Shown here: positions 16,880-24,815 of the stretch, piece after piece
Numbering within the stretch: position 1 is the stretch's first letter
How the letters are laid out: each line of letters opens with the position of its first letter
From: Planctomycetota bacterium
GTDB taxonomy: Bacteria > Planctomycetota > UBA11346
NCBI GenBank assembly: GCA_038213805.1
Contig: JBBQSO010000081.1
Coordinates: forward strand, 1 to 24,815
DNA: 24,815 nucleotides
Direction of reading: 5' to 3'
Translations under genes and position numbers: made by a program
The notes under the pieces: model-generated
The model's input: the letters and a program-made list of their open reading frames with translations, nothing else
The model's database searches: none
What the model was told of the DNA's origin: nothing

Positions 16880-16972
16880 GGGGGCGGTACGGTCGGAGTG
16901 GCAGACGGCGGCGCAAGGGGCGGCGCTGCGACCCAGACACGAAGCACAGAGCGCGCGGCGAGTGCCGGCGCC

Positions 16973-19249
16973 CTACTTTGCGCGGGTCTTTGCCGCGAGC
17001 TGCGTCACTAGATCGGCGCGCGCATGCTGGATGGCGGGCGTGATGATCGCCGCATCGCTGGGGATCTCGGCCAGCACGGCCTTGGCACGCTCGAGGTCAC
17101 CGGCTTCCATGGCCGAGCGGGCGACGGCCAGGCCCTTCCCCCAGGCGTTCTCGACTCCCGCCAGAAAGGTGCGCGCCTGGCCGAGCGGCACGGCGAGGTC
17201 GGGGTAGGCGGCGGCGCCATCGATCGCCAGCAGCAGGTCGGCACAGCGCGTGTCGGTGACGGCGGCCTTCAAGCGCACCCAGGCGGAATCCTGCGCGACG
17301 CGCAGCGCGGCGAGGTTGCGCACCATGTCCTTGTAGCCCTGGGTGTCCGCCGGGATCGAAGACAACACCGCCTCGGCCAGGCCGGGCTGCTTGCGGCGCA
17401 GCGCCTGGCGGAATTCAGCGACCGCGTCGAGCGGCTTGAGCGCCGGCCCGAGCGGCTTGTCGACCGGCTGGGCCGAAACCAGCTGCGGCGCCTTGGGCAA
17501 GACCACCACCGGCACCGCGGAGGGCGGCGGCGTGGGTGGGAGTGCCGGCGGCGGCGTGGGCACCGAGGCTGCGGCCACGACCGGGGGTGACACAATCGGC
17601 TCCGCAGCGATCGGAGGCCCAGCCGGAGTGACCGGCGTGGGGGTCGGGGGTGGGGGCGTGGCCGCGACCGGCGGAAGTGGTGGCGAAATCACGGCCACTA
17701 CCGGCGGAACGGGGACCGGGGCCGCAGGCGAATCTGGCTGGACAGGGACGGGACCCGCCGGCACCACGGGCGCAGCCGCGGGAGAGGTAGCAACCGTCTC
17801 AGGCGCTGACGCTGGCAAAAGTACGGCTGGAGCAGGCACGGGGGCACCCGTGGGCGCAGCCGTGGACGTGGGCACCGCCGCCGTCGACGACGCCAGCGGC
17901 TGCGGCTGCGGCTGCGGCTGCGGCTGCGGCTGCGGCTGCGGCTGCGGCTGCGGCTGCGGCTGCGGGACAGGCACCAGGTCCGCGGCTGCCACCGCCCCGC
18001 CCGCCGGCGCGGCGGGCTGCCGGCGCGCGATCACCACCGCGACCACACCGATCATGGCCCCGATCAGGATCACCAGGATCAGACCGACAGGGGCCCGCTT
18101 CGGCGCCGGTTGGGCGTCCGCCAACGCGCCCGCGCCACTGGTGCCGACCATGGTCGCCGCCAGCGCCGTCGACGGCGGCACAGCGATGGTCGCCGCCGCA
18201 GCGCGCTGCGCCTGGCTCGCGGCTGGCACCACGGTCTTGGCAGTCATGTCGACGACGCTCGCAACCGCCGCCGCTCCGACCGTGTTGCGCGTCGCCGAGG
18301 TCGCGCCCGGATCCGCCGGCGAGCCGGTCGAGACCAGGGTGGCGATGGTGGTGTGGTCGGCGCCGGTGCCGTGCGCGTGTCCGACCAGCTCCGGCACGGC
18401 ATGCGGCACGTGCAGGCCCTGGCCGACCAGCGCGATCAGTTCATTGGCGAGCTGCTGCGCCGAGGCCGGGCGGTCGTCGGGATGCTTCGCCAGGCAGCGC
18501 CGCACCAGCGCGGCGATCGGCTCGGGCACGGCCGGATTGATCATGGCGATGTCGGGCACCGGCTCGTCGAGATGGGCGCGCAACATCGCCATGGTGTTCT
18601 CGGCCTTGAACGGAGTGCGTCCGGCGAGCATGTGGAACCAGGTCGCGCCCAGGCTGTAGAGGTCGCCGCGGAAGTCGGTGGGCTCGCCACGGCAGGCCTC
18701 CGGCGGCATGTAGGACGGGGTCCCGAGCAGGGTCCCGCCCATGGTCATGGAGGTCGAGTCGACCGCTTTCGCCAGGCCGAAGTCGGTGAGCTTGGCCACC
18801 CCCTTCTTGGTCATCATGATGTTGTCGGGCTTGATGTCGCGGTGCACCACGCCCTGCTCGGCGGCCGCGGCCAGACCCTCGGCGGCCTGTAATGCGACGC
18901 TCGAGGCCAACCGCCAGTCGAGCGGTCCGGTCATGTACTTCTTCAGGCTCGCGCCGCCCTCGACCAGCTCCATCACCAGCAGGTAGTGCTCGTTGGCGTT
19001 GGCGTCCGCGTACTGGCCGAACTCGTAGACCCCGACCACGTTCGGCGCCTGGATACGGGCGATGCACTGCGCCTCGCGTTCAAAGCGGGCGACGTTGTCC
19101 GCGTCGCCCGCAAGGTGCTCGGCGATGCGCTTGACCGCCACCGGGCGCTTGAGCGAGACCTGGGTCGCCAGGTAGACCTCGCCCATCGCTCCGCGGCCGA
19201 GCAGTCCTTCGATGAGCAAACCGCCGATACGCGTACCATTCGGGATCAT
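16973..19249 (-). CDS. Transmembrane Hanks-type Ser/Thr kinase with Pro-rich extracytoplasmic linker
   Basis: LGRGAMGEV, VAVK, HRDIKPDN, DFG, GTPSYMPPE. Transmembrane segment VGLILVILIGAMIGVVAVVIA, then a Pro/Ala-rich linker and a helical C-terminal domain. ATG 19249 follows GGAG (alternative GTG 19255). Confidence 0.93.
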   Translation of the reverse strand: MIPNGTRIGGLLIEGLLGRGAMGEVYLATQVSLKRPVAVKRIAEHLAGDADNVARFEREAQCIARIQAPNVVGVYEFGQYADANANEHYLLVMELVEGGASLKKYMTGPLDWRLASSVALQAAEGLAAAAEQGVVHRDIKPDNIMMTKKGVAKLTDFGLAKAVDSTSMTMGGTLLGTPSYMPPEACRGEPTDFRGDLYSLGATWFHMLAGRTPFKAENTMAMLRAHLDEPVPDIAMINPAVPEPIAALVRRCLAKHPDDRPASAQQLANELIALVGQGLHVPHAVPELVGHAHGTGADHTTIATLVSTGSPADPGATSATRNTVGAAAVASVVDMTAKTVVPAASQAQRAAAATIAVPPSTALAATMVGTSGAGALADAQPAPKRAPVGLILVILIGAMIGVVAVVIARRQPAAPAGGAVAAADLVPVPQPQPQPQPQPQPQPQPQPQPQPLASSTAAVPTSTAAPTGAPVPAPAVLLPASAPETVATSPAAAPVVPAGPVPVQPDSPAAPVPVPPVVAVISPPLPPVAATPPPPTPTPVTPAGPPIAAEPIVSPPVVAAASVPTPPPALPPTPPPSAVPVVVLPKAPQLVSAQPVDKPLGPALKPLDAVAEFRQALRRKQPGLAEAVLSSIPADTQGYKDMVRNLAALRVAQDSAWVRLKAAVTDTRCADLLLAIDGAAAYPDLAVPLGQARTFLAGVENAWGKGLAVARSAMEAGDLERAKAVLAEIPSDAAIITPAIQHARADLVTQLAAKTRAK
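17898..17963. repeat. Perfect hexamer microsatellite (GGCTGC)11 encoding (QP)11
   Basis: 11 identical units in frame within the kinase linker. Confidence 0.95.
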
Positions 19250-19915
19250 ATCCACTCCGCTGCCGGGACACTTTTCATCCAGGACGGCAAATGCAACGCC
19301 GCCCGTCCATGCAGTGGGGAAACCCCTTGCCCCGCCCGTCCGACGCTTCCGCCCTCTGGTAGACTGGAGGAGTCCCAGCGCGACCCAGCCCGCTGCCGGG
19401 TGCCGTCGTCCTCAGGGACGAACTGGATGCGCCGCAGCGCCGCAGCGCTCCGCCACTCAGCGTCATGCACGCATCCGCAAAGCCCTGCGGACGCATCCCG
19501 CCACCCCCGTGCGCAGGACGTGTCGATCCAGGATTGGAACGACAGGCAACCGCCGGCAGGACCGCCGTTGCCCGGCAAGTGGCATTCATCGACATGCTCG
19601 CGATCGCGATCGCAGCCTCAGCGGATGCGCCATTTTCCCCTGTTCGTGCGAGGTTTTTTTCACGGGAGGAACATGCGGACCCGCATCGTGCGCCGTACGG
19701 GGTTTTCCGCGTCATCCGCTGTCCGGTTCGCTGCGGAACCGCCATCCTGGTGAATGCCGTCAGGCGCTGGCCTCCCGCATTCGCGATATGCACGCGCGGG
19801 CCACGCATCGGCAGGTCGCTGTTAACGAGCAGCTCGGGCCGGCGATCTGCTTAAGCCGCATTTCGCGAACAGCGTATCCGCCAGAGCCCTGCGCCCCTCC
19901 CGGAATCCTCCGCCC

Positions 19916-22120
19916 ATGCCCGCACCGCGCCGCGCCGCCTTCACGCTCTTCGAGGTCGCGATCTCACTGATCATCGTCGCGTTCGGCGTGGTCAGCATCA
20001 TGGCGCTGATCCCGGTCGGACTGAAACAGCTTACCGCGCAGCGCTTCCGCATCTACGCGGCATGCGTCGCGAACCAGCTGATCGACGTCTACGCCAACGC
20101 CGACGCCAGCGCGGTGATGATCGACCACGAGGGCCCCGACCCGTGGGACGTCCCCATCGACCGCAAGGTCAACGCTCCCGATCTCGAGGCCAAGCTCGCC
20201 AATCCGCGCTACGGCATGCTGCCGCTGCCGACCGAACTCGCGCGCCGCCTTGACAGCGACGGGGATGAGCTCCAGCGCCTGCTCGACGACGGTGGCTACG
20301 TCTACTACGCGCAGCCCAACGTCGCGAACTCATGGCGCGAGGACCTGCTGCCGGTCGAACCGCCCAATGATCTGCAGAAGATGATCGTCGGCGTGGTCGG
20401 CGCCGCCCAGCACAACGCCTCGTACGCCTTCCCGATGAAGCGCTGGCCCTATTACGCCACCGTCCCCGGTCCGCCCCTGCACGCCATACACGTGCGTGGC
20501 TCCGGCTGGGACGCGGCCAATCCCAACGCGTCCACCGCGCCGGACACGCGCCGCGACGAGGACGGCGCCATGCCGACGGTGTGGAAGGAGAGCAAGTCGA
20601 CCTACTGCTGGGCCGCCTGCGTCGATCCCGATCCGCGGCTCAAAATGGTATTCGACACTTTCTGGGACTATCTGCAGATCCGCGACTTTCCGGAGAAGCA
20701 GAGCGTCGAGTACCGGACCAAGCTCGGCGCGTACATCCTCGCCACCGTCGCCTACGCGCAGTCCACCGGCCTGACCGGCGCGGACCTGGCCGCGGCGATG
20801 GCCGCCGACGCCACCACCGGGGTCGCTGCGCAGCTCGCGGCGCTCACCCCCTACCCCTACGCCAGCACTGCGCCGGGAACGGCGGCGCGCAAGGTGCTCG
20901 CACTTTCCTACCTGTCCAACGCGCTGATGTGCCTGACGCGCTGGCACAAGTACGACGCCGTCACCAGCACCGACGCCGGCGACCGCGACCCGCTGAATGG
21001 TGGCGTCGACCTGCAGGCCAACTACGGCATCACGCCGACCCTGCCGATGCCGCGCATTACCCACAACGGCCTGACCAACCTGGTGCGCAACACGCGCTAC
21101 TGGTACTTCCGCTACTGCGCCGAAAATCCCTACGACTGGGCGGTGCCGCGGCCGATCGAGCACGCCTGCATGATGGATTATCCGCTGCTCGAACTGGACC
21201 TCTTCCGTGAGCCGGCCAGTGGCAGCATCTGGGGCCTGTCCGCCGGCATCGCCAATGCGCTGCGCCCCGGCAGCCAGGCGTTGCAGTGGCGGTACCTGTC
21301 GCCCACGCCGGTCACCACGGTCGATGGCGGCCCGGCACAACCCTTCGGACCGAGCCTGACCTACCCGCTTACGACGTATCCGGGCGCGGACGACGGCAAT
21401 GCGCCGTTCGCCGAGAACGGGCCGCGCAGCGGTGAGGTTTCCCACTTCACCCTGTGCAACCGCTTTGACGCCAGCGAGCGCTGCCGCCAGCTGGTGTTCT
21501 GGGTGGTCGACTGGCAGTCCTACGAGGACTGCGAGACCGCGCCCAGCGCGGCGGTCGACGCCAGCCGCTACCCCAAAGCCGCGCCGGGCGGATTGAAGCC
21601 GGACAACGCCGGGGTCGATGGCCGTGCGTGGAGCACGTCCGTCGCACCCACCACCGGCTTCGATGATCTCATGTGGGGCTTCACCGACGGCTGGGGCGAC
21701 GTCACCGGTCTCGAACAGGCGATCAACGCCGCCGGCAGCGACAACATCCAGCTGCACCGCGCGCTGATCGGCAGCTATCTGCACGCCTACCGCAACCCCG
21801 AGAAGAACCTGGTCTTCACCAGGCCGCTCGACGACCAGCCCACCGGCACCGACGTCACCGCTTTCAAGGTCCACGACAATCCGCCCGGCTACCGGCCGTT
21901 CACCGATCGCATGCTGATGAACAACCCGCCGGACTTCGGGCCGCCCGGCGTCGGCGGCGCCGTCCAGGCACCGCAGATCTTCACCGGCCGCTTCGGGGCC
22001 GACCGTAACGGCAACAACCGTCTCGACCGCGGCGTACTGCCGCGCACCGCGCGCCTGCGCGCCGTCACCGTGGCCCGCTTCAACTACTACGACATGCGTG
22101 TCCCATGCCAGATCAAATGA
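19916..22120 (+). CDS. Large prepilin-type N-terminal cleavage/methylation protein (PilV/GspI-like N-terminus, 734 aa)
   Basis: RRAA|FTLFEVAISLIIVAFGVVSIMALIPVGL class III signal with Glu5. Confidence 0.85.
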   Translation: MPAPRRAAFTLFEVAISLIIVAFGVVSIMALIPVGLKQLTAQRFRIYAACVANQLIDVYANADASAVMIDHEGPDPWDVPIDRKVNAPDLEAKLANPRYGMLPLPTELARRLDSDGDELQRLLDDGGYVYYAQPNVANSWREDLLPVEPPNDLQKMIVGVVGAAQHNASYAFPMKRWPYYATVPGPPLHAIHVRGSGWDAANPNASTAPDTRRDEDGAMPTVWKESKSTYCWAACVDPDPRLKMVFDTFWDYLQIRDFPEKQSVEYRTKLGAYILATVAYAQSTGLTGADLAAAMAADATTGVAAQLAALTPYPYASTAPGTAARKVLALSYLSNALMCLTRWHKYDAVTSTDAGDRDPLNGGVDLQANYGITPTLPMPRITHNGLTNLVRNTRYWYFRYCAENPYDWAVPRPIEHACMMDYPLLELDLFREPASGSIWGLSAGIANALRPGSQALQWRYLSPTPVTTVDGGPAQPFGPSLTYPLTTYPGADDGNAPFAENGPRSGEVSHFTLCNRFDASERCRQLVFWVVDWQSYEDCETAPSAAVDASRYPKAAPGGLKPDNAGVDGRAWSTSVAPTTGFDDLMWGFTDGWGDVTGLEQAINAAGSDNIQLHRALIGSYLHAYRNPEKNLVFTRPLDDQPTGTDVTAFKVHDNPPGYRPFTDRMLMNNPPDFGPPGVGGAVQAPQIFTGRFGADRNGNNRLDRGVLPRTARLRAVTVARFNYYDMRVPCQIK

Positions 22121-23565
22121 GCCGCCGCGACCCGCGCCACGGCGCCTTCACGCTCATCGAGCTGATCATCGCCATCGCGCTCGGGCTGGTGATCATGGGC
22201 GTGGCGGTCTCGGGATTCCGCGTGCTGGTCTCGTCGCTGACCGTCACCCAGCGCATCGCGCGCACCAACGACCTGCTCGCCACCGCCGCGCTCGCGGCTT
22301 TCGATGAGGCCGATTTCTGGGACAGCTACGATGACCGCGGCGGCGACGCCAGCGGCCGTCGTTTGCGCGGATCGCTCGCGCTGCCGGTGCCCAACCGCGA
22401 TGGCAGCACCGTCACCCTCGGCCTGCCGTTCGCGCCGCTCAGCCGCAGCGTCGGTGGCGACGCCGCGACCTGGCCCGCGGGCGACAGCCGCAGCTGGGGC
22501 TACGGGTGGCAGGACGACGAGCGCTTGTGGGCGACCAGCGCCGACAACGAACTGACCTGGTATCCCGGCATCATCTGCGAGAGCATGGAAACGGACTGCC
22601 GCTTCGGCCACTACTCCATCCTCGGCCTCAGCCATCTGCCTGGCGAGAGCTCTTTGCCGATCGACGGCGGCACCAGCCCGCTGGTCGGCGGCTGGCAGCC
22701 GCGCAACGGCGGCGGCCTGTACGGCACCCTGACCTTTCCGAGCGAGACCACGCCACCCCGCCCGGGGGCCGCCACCGCCGCCTACCGCCACGCCACACCC
22801 GGCTGGTACTACAACCAGTTCCACGGCCTGACCAACGCGCTGGGCTGGTATGGCATGCAGGACTACCTGCCGGCGAACGCCATCCTCAGCTACGCGACGA
22901 AATACCAGCCGATGGTCCGCGCCACCAGCGACGCATGGCAGGACAGTCCCGCCGACAGCACCGACGCCGCCGGCCGGCCGATCTACCTGATCAAGACCTT
23001 CGCGCGCGCCAACGCCGCCTGGCAGTTCGGCGACAAGCCCTTCTTCGTGCTGCAGTCCTACAGCGTCAACTGGATGCCGCACGCCATGGACTTCCTCACC
23101 TCGTACACTGCCTTCGGCCTGACCCCGCCGCGCGGCAACCTCTACGAAGGTGGCACCGGCACCACGCTCACCACCGCCCAGCTCGCCTACTTCAACCGCA
23201 ATATCGTGCGCATGGAGTCCGACGACATGCCACTGGGCGACTGGGGAGGCAACGACAGTACCGATTTCGCCGAACCCGCCTACCCCGGGGCGGCGGACGC
23301 CTACGGCGCCACGGTGTTCAACTCCTATGTGCTGCGCACCACCTCGGCCAGCAAGCTGATGACCCTCAAACCGAGCAGCTGGCCCGATGTTTCCGTGGCA
23401 GTGGCGCGCTACCTGCGCCTGACGCGCTTCTCGACCCAGTTCAAGATCTCGTGGACGGATCCGCTCTCGGGTGAGCGCGCCGACCTGCGCTTCACCGCGA
23501 TGGGGACGACCCTGCGCGGCGCGCGGCGCATGCGCGATCTCGACCTGCCGGCGGCCGCGCCATGA
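22117..23565 (+). CDS. Prepilin-type protein (PilW/GspJ-like N-terminus, 482 aa)
   Basis: RHGA|FTLIELIIAIALGLVIMGVAVSGF. ATGA overlap with the upstream stop. Confidence 0.88.
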   Translation: MSRRDPRHGAFTLIELIIAIALGLVIMGVAVSGFRVLVSSLTVTQRIARTNDLLATAALAAFDEADFWDSYDDRGGDASGRRLRGSLALPVPNRDGSTVTLGLPFAPLSRSVGGDAATWPAGDSRSWGYGWQDDERLWATSADNELTWYPGIICESMETDCRFGHYSILGLSHLPGESSLPIDGGTSPLVGGWQPRNGGGLYGTLTFPSETTPPRPGAATAAYRHATPGWYYNQFHGLTNALGWYGMQDYLPANAILSYATKYQPMVRATSDAWQDSPADSTDAAGRPIYLIKTFARANAAWQFGDKPFFVLQSYSVNWMPHAMDFLTSYTAFGLTPPRGNLYEGGTGTTLTTAQLAYFNRNIVRMESDDMPLGDWGGNDSTDFAEPAYPGAADAYGATVFNSYVLRTTSASKLMTLKPSSWPDVSVAVARYLRLTRFSTQFKISWTDPLSGERADLRFTAMGTTLRGARRMRDLDLPAAAP

Positions 23566-24692
23566 GCGCGGCTCCGCTCCAGCGCAGCGCGGCGCGCCAT
23601 GGCACCGTGCTCATCGTGGTGGCCGGCATCACCGCGTTGATGGCGAGCATGGGCCTGGCCTTCATGTTGCGCATCCGCGAGGGCGCGGAGACCTCCGACC
23701 TGCTCATACGCGAGGCGCAGGCGCGCATCATGCTGCACGCGGCCTGCGCCTACATCCTCGAGGCCTCGCGCCTGGGCTACGGTCCCGACCGCTTGTCCGC
23801 GACCGCCGCGGCCGGAGTGTCCACCGTCGGCTTCGTCAGCACCGGCAGCGGCGCGCTGGCTGTGCGCGAGGGTTTCGGCTGGATCGATGTGCGCGACTCC
23901 GACGGCACCAGCTTCGGCGCGGGCGCCACCGCCTACGGCCCGCGCGACCAGTCCGGCCGCGCGGTGTGGAGCGGCGGCGGCGTGTGGCCGGACGTCGGCG
24001 GCACGGTGATCTGCCCGATGTACCGCTGGACGCGGCCGCCAGAAGCCCTGCGCCAGACCGTCGCTTACAACCCGATCATGAGCGGCCTCAGCGACAACGG
24101 CGACCCGCGCTGGGGTCGCCCGCTTTTGCTCAATCCCGACCCCCAGCCGGCGGTTGCCAACGGCTGGCCGAATACCGTCACGGCGACGCGCTGGGGCGAC
24201 TTCGTTGGCGGCGACGCGACCCCGGTGACCAACTCCGCCGGCGTCTCGTGGTTCCGCGTCCACCGTGTCAGCGCCGCGACTTTCATCGTCACCTGCGGCG
24301 CCGGCGGCACGCTTGGCTTCAAGGACTGGGCCGAGGTCCTCGCCCACCCCGGCCTGACCGGCGTCGCCGGCGGAACGGAGCTTTTTTCAGGCGACCAGGC
24401 GACCTTCGACACCCTGCAGGCCAACGAGAGCCGCCTGTGGTACGAGGTGCGTTGGTCCGGCGCGGTGCGCCCCCTCGACTTCCGCCACGAGGAGCCGACC
24501 TGGTGGCGCTGGCTGCAGAACTCCTTCGCCTACCGCATCTACCCGGTCAACAGTTCGCAATATCCCGGCTGGGGCCGCACCAACCGCTTCAATCCCAACC
24601 CGGTCGGTACGATCAGCTACATCCAGCGCCTGGAGAGCATCGGCAGCAATCCCATCGATGCGCAGACGCGAACGCAGATTACGGCGTGGTGA
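23562..24692 (+). CDS. PilX/GspK-like prepilin-type protein (376 aa)
   Basis: RHG|TVLIVVAGITALMASMGLAF lacks Glu5, as is typical of PilX/GspK. It continues ...EAQARIMLHAA. ATGA overlap with the upstream stop. Confidence 0.8.
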   Translation: MSAAPLQRSAARHGTVLIVVAGITALMASMGLAFMLRIREGAETSDLLIREAQARIMLHAACAYILEASRLGYGPDRLSATAAAGVSTVGFVSTGSGALAVREGFGWIDVRDSDGTSFGAGATAYGPRDQSGRAVWSGGGVWPDVGGTVICPMYRWTRPPEALRQTVAYNPIMSGLSDNGDPRWGRPLLLNPDPQPAVANGWPNTVTATRWGDFVGGDATPVTNSAGVSWFRVHRVSAATFIVTCGAGGTLGFKDWAEVLAHPGLTGVAGGTELFSGDQATFDTLQANESRLWYEVRWSGAVRPLDFRHEEPTWWRWLQNSFAYRIYPVNSSQYPGWGRTNRFNPNPVGTISYIQRLESIGSNPIDAQTRTQITAW

Positions 24693-24815
24693 GCTGATGG
24701 CTGATGGCTGATGGCTGATGGCTGATGGCTGATGGCTGATGGCTGATGGCTGATGGCTGATGGCTGATGGCTGATGGCTGATGGCTGATGGCTGATGGCT
24801 GATGGCTGATGGCTG
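24693..24815. repeat. Perfect heptamer tandem array (GCTGATG), 17 units plus a partial, truncated by the window end
   Basis: Starts at the base after the TGA of the PilX-like gene and has no mismatches over 123 nt. Confidence 0.97.

Noticed and set aside
19256..19915. c-di-GMP riboswitch, sigma54 promoter or ORFs in the 660-bp gap before the pilins
   Set aside because: The GGCAAA and CGCAAAGCC fragments are not in riboswitch geometry, the TGGCA...TGC spacing is wrong for -24/-12, and the ORFs lack coding bias.

Overview
A very GC-rich (about 70% by eye) bacterial chromosomal segment. Its gene content suggests a Planctomycetota/PVC-type organism, which is inference from the DWG- and DFG-type Hanks kinases, the PAS-AraC regulator and the oversized minor-pilin cassette. 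In order it carries: a PknD-like Ser/Thr kinase (-); an M16C presequence-protease-like metallopeptidase and a small hypothetical gene (+); a PLD/Nuc-family nuclease, modC and modB with no modA (-); a PAS-AraC regulator divergent from an alpha/beta hydrolase and a TIM-barrel sugar isomerase/dehydratase; a repeat-dense intergenic block; tRNA-Ser(GGA) followed by an inverted copy of its own 3' end; a lipoprotein made of 20 gap-free 18-residue repeats; an SRP (4.5S) RNA with a UGAC tetraloop; an RlmI-like methyltransferase; a membrane Ser/Thr kinase with a (QP)11 tract; three translationally coupled large PilV/PilW/PilX-like prepilin genes; and a (GCTGATG)n array running off the end. The most novel-looking items are the 18-mer-repeat lipoprotein, the tRNA antisense duplication with the nested palindromes beside it, and the giant pilin cassette. 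No CRISPR array, transposase or integrase is visible.
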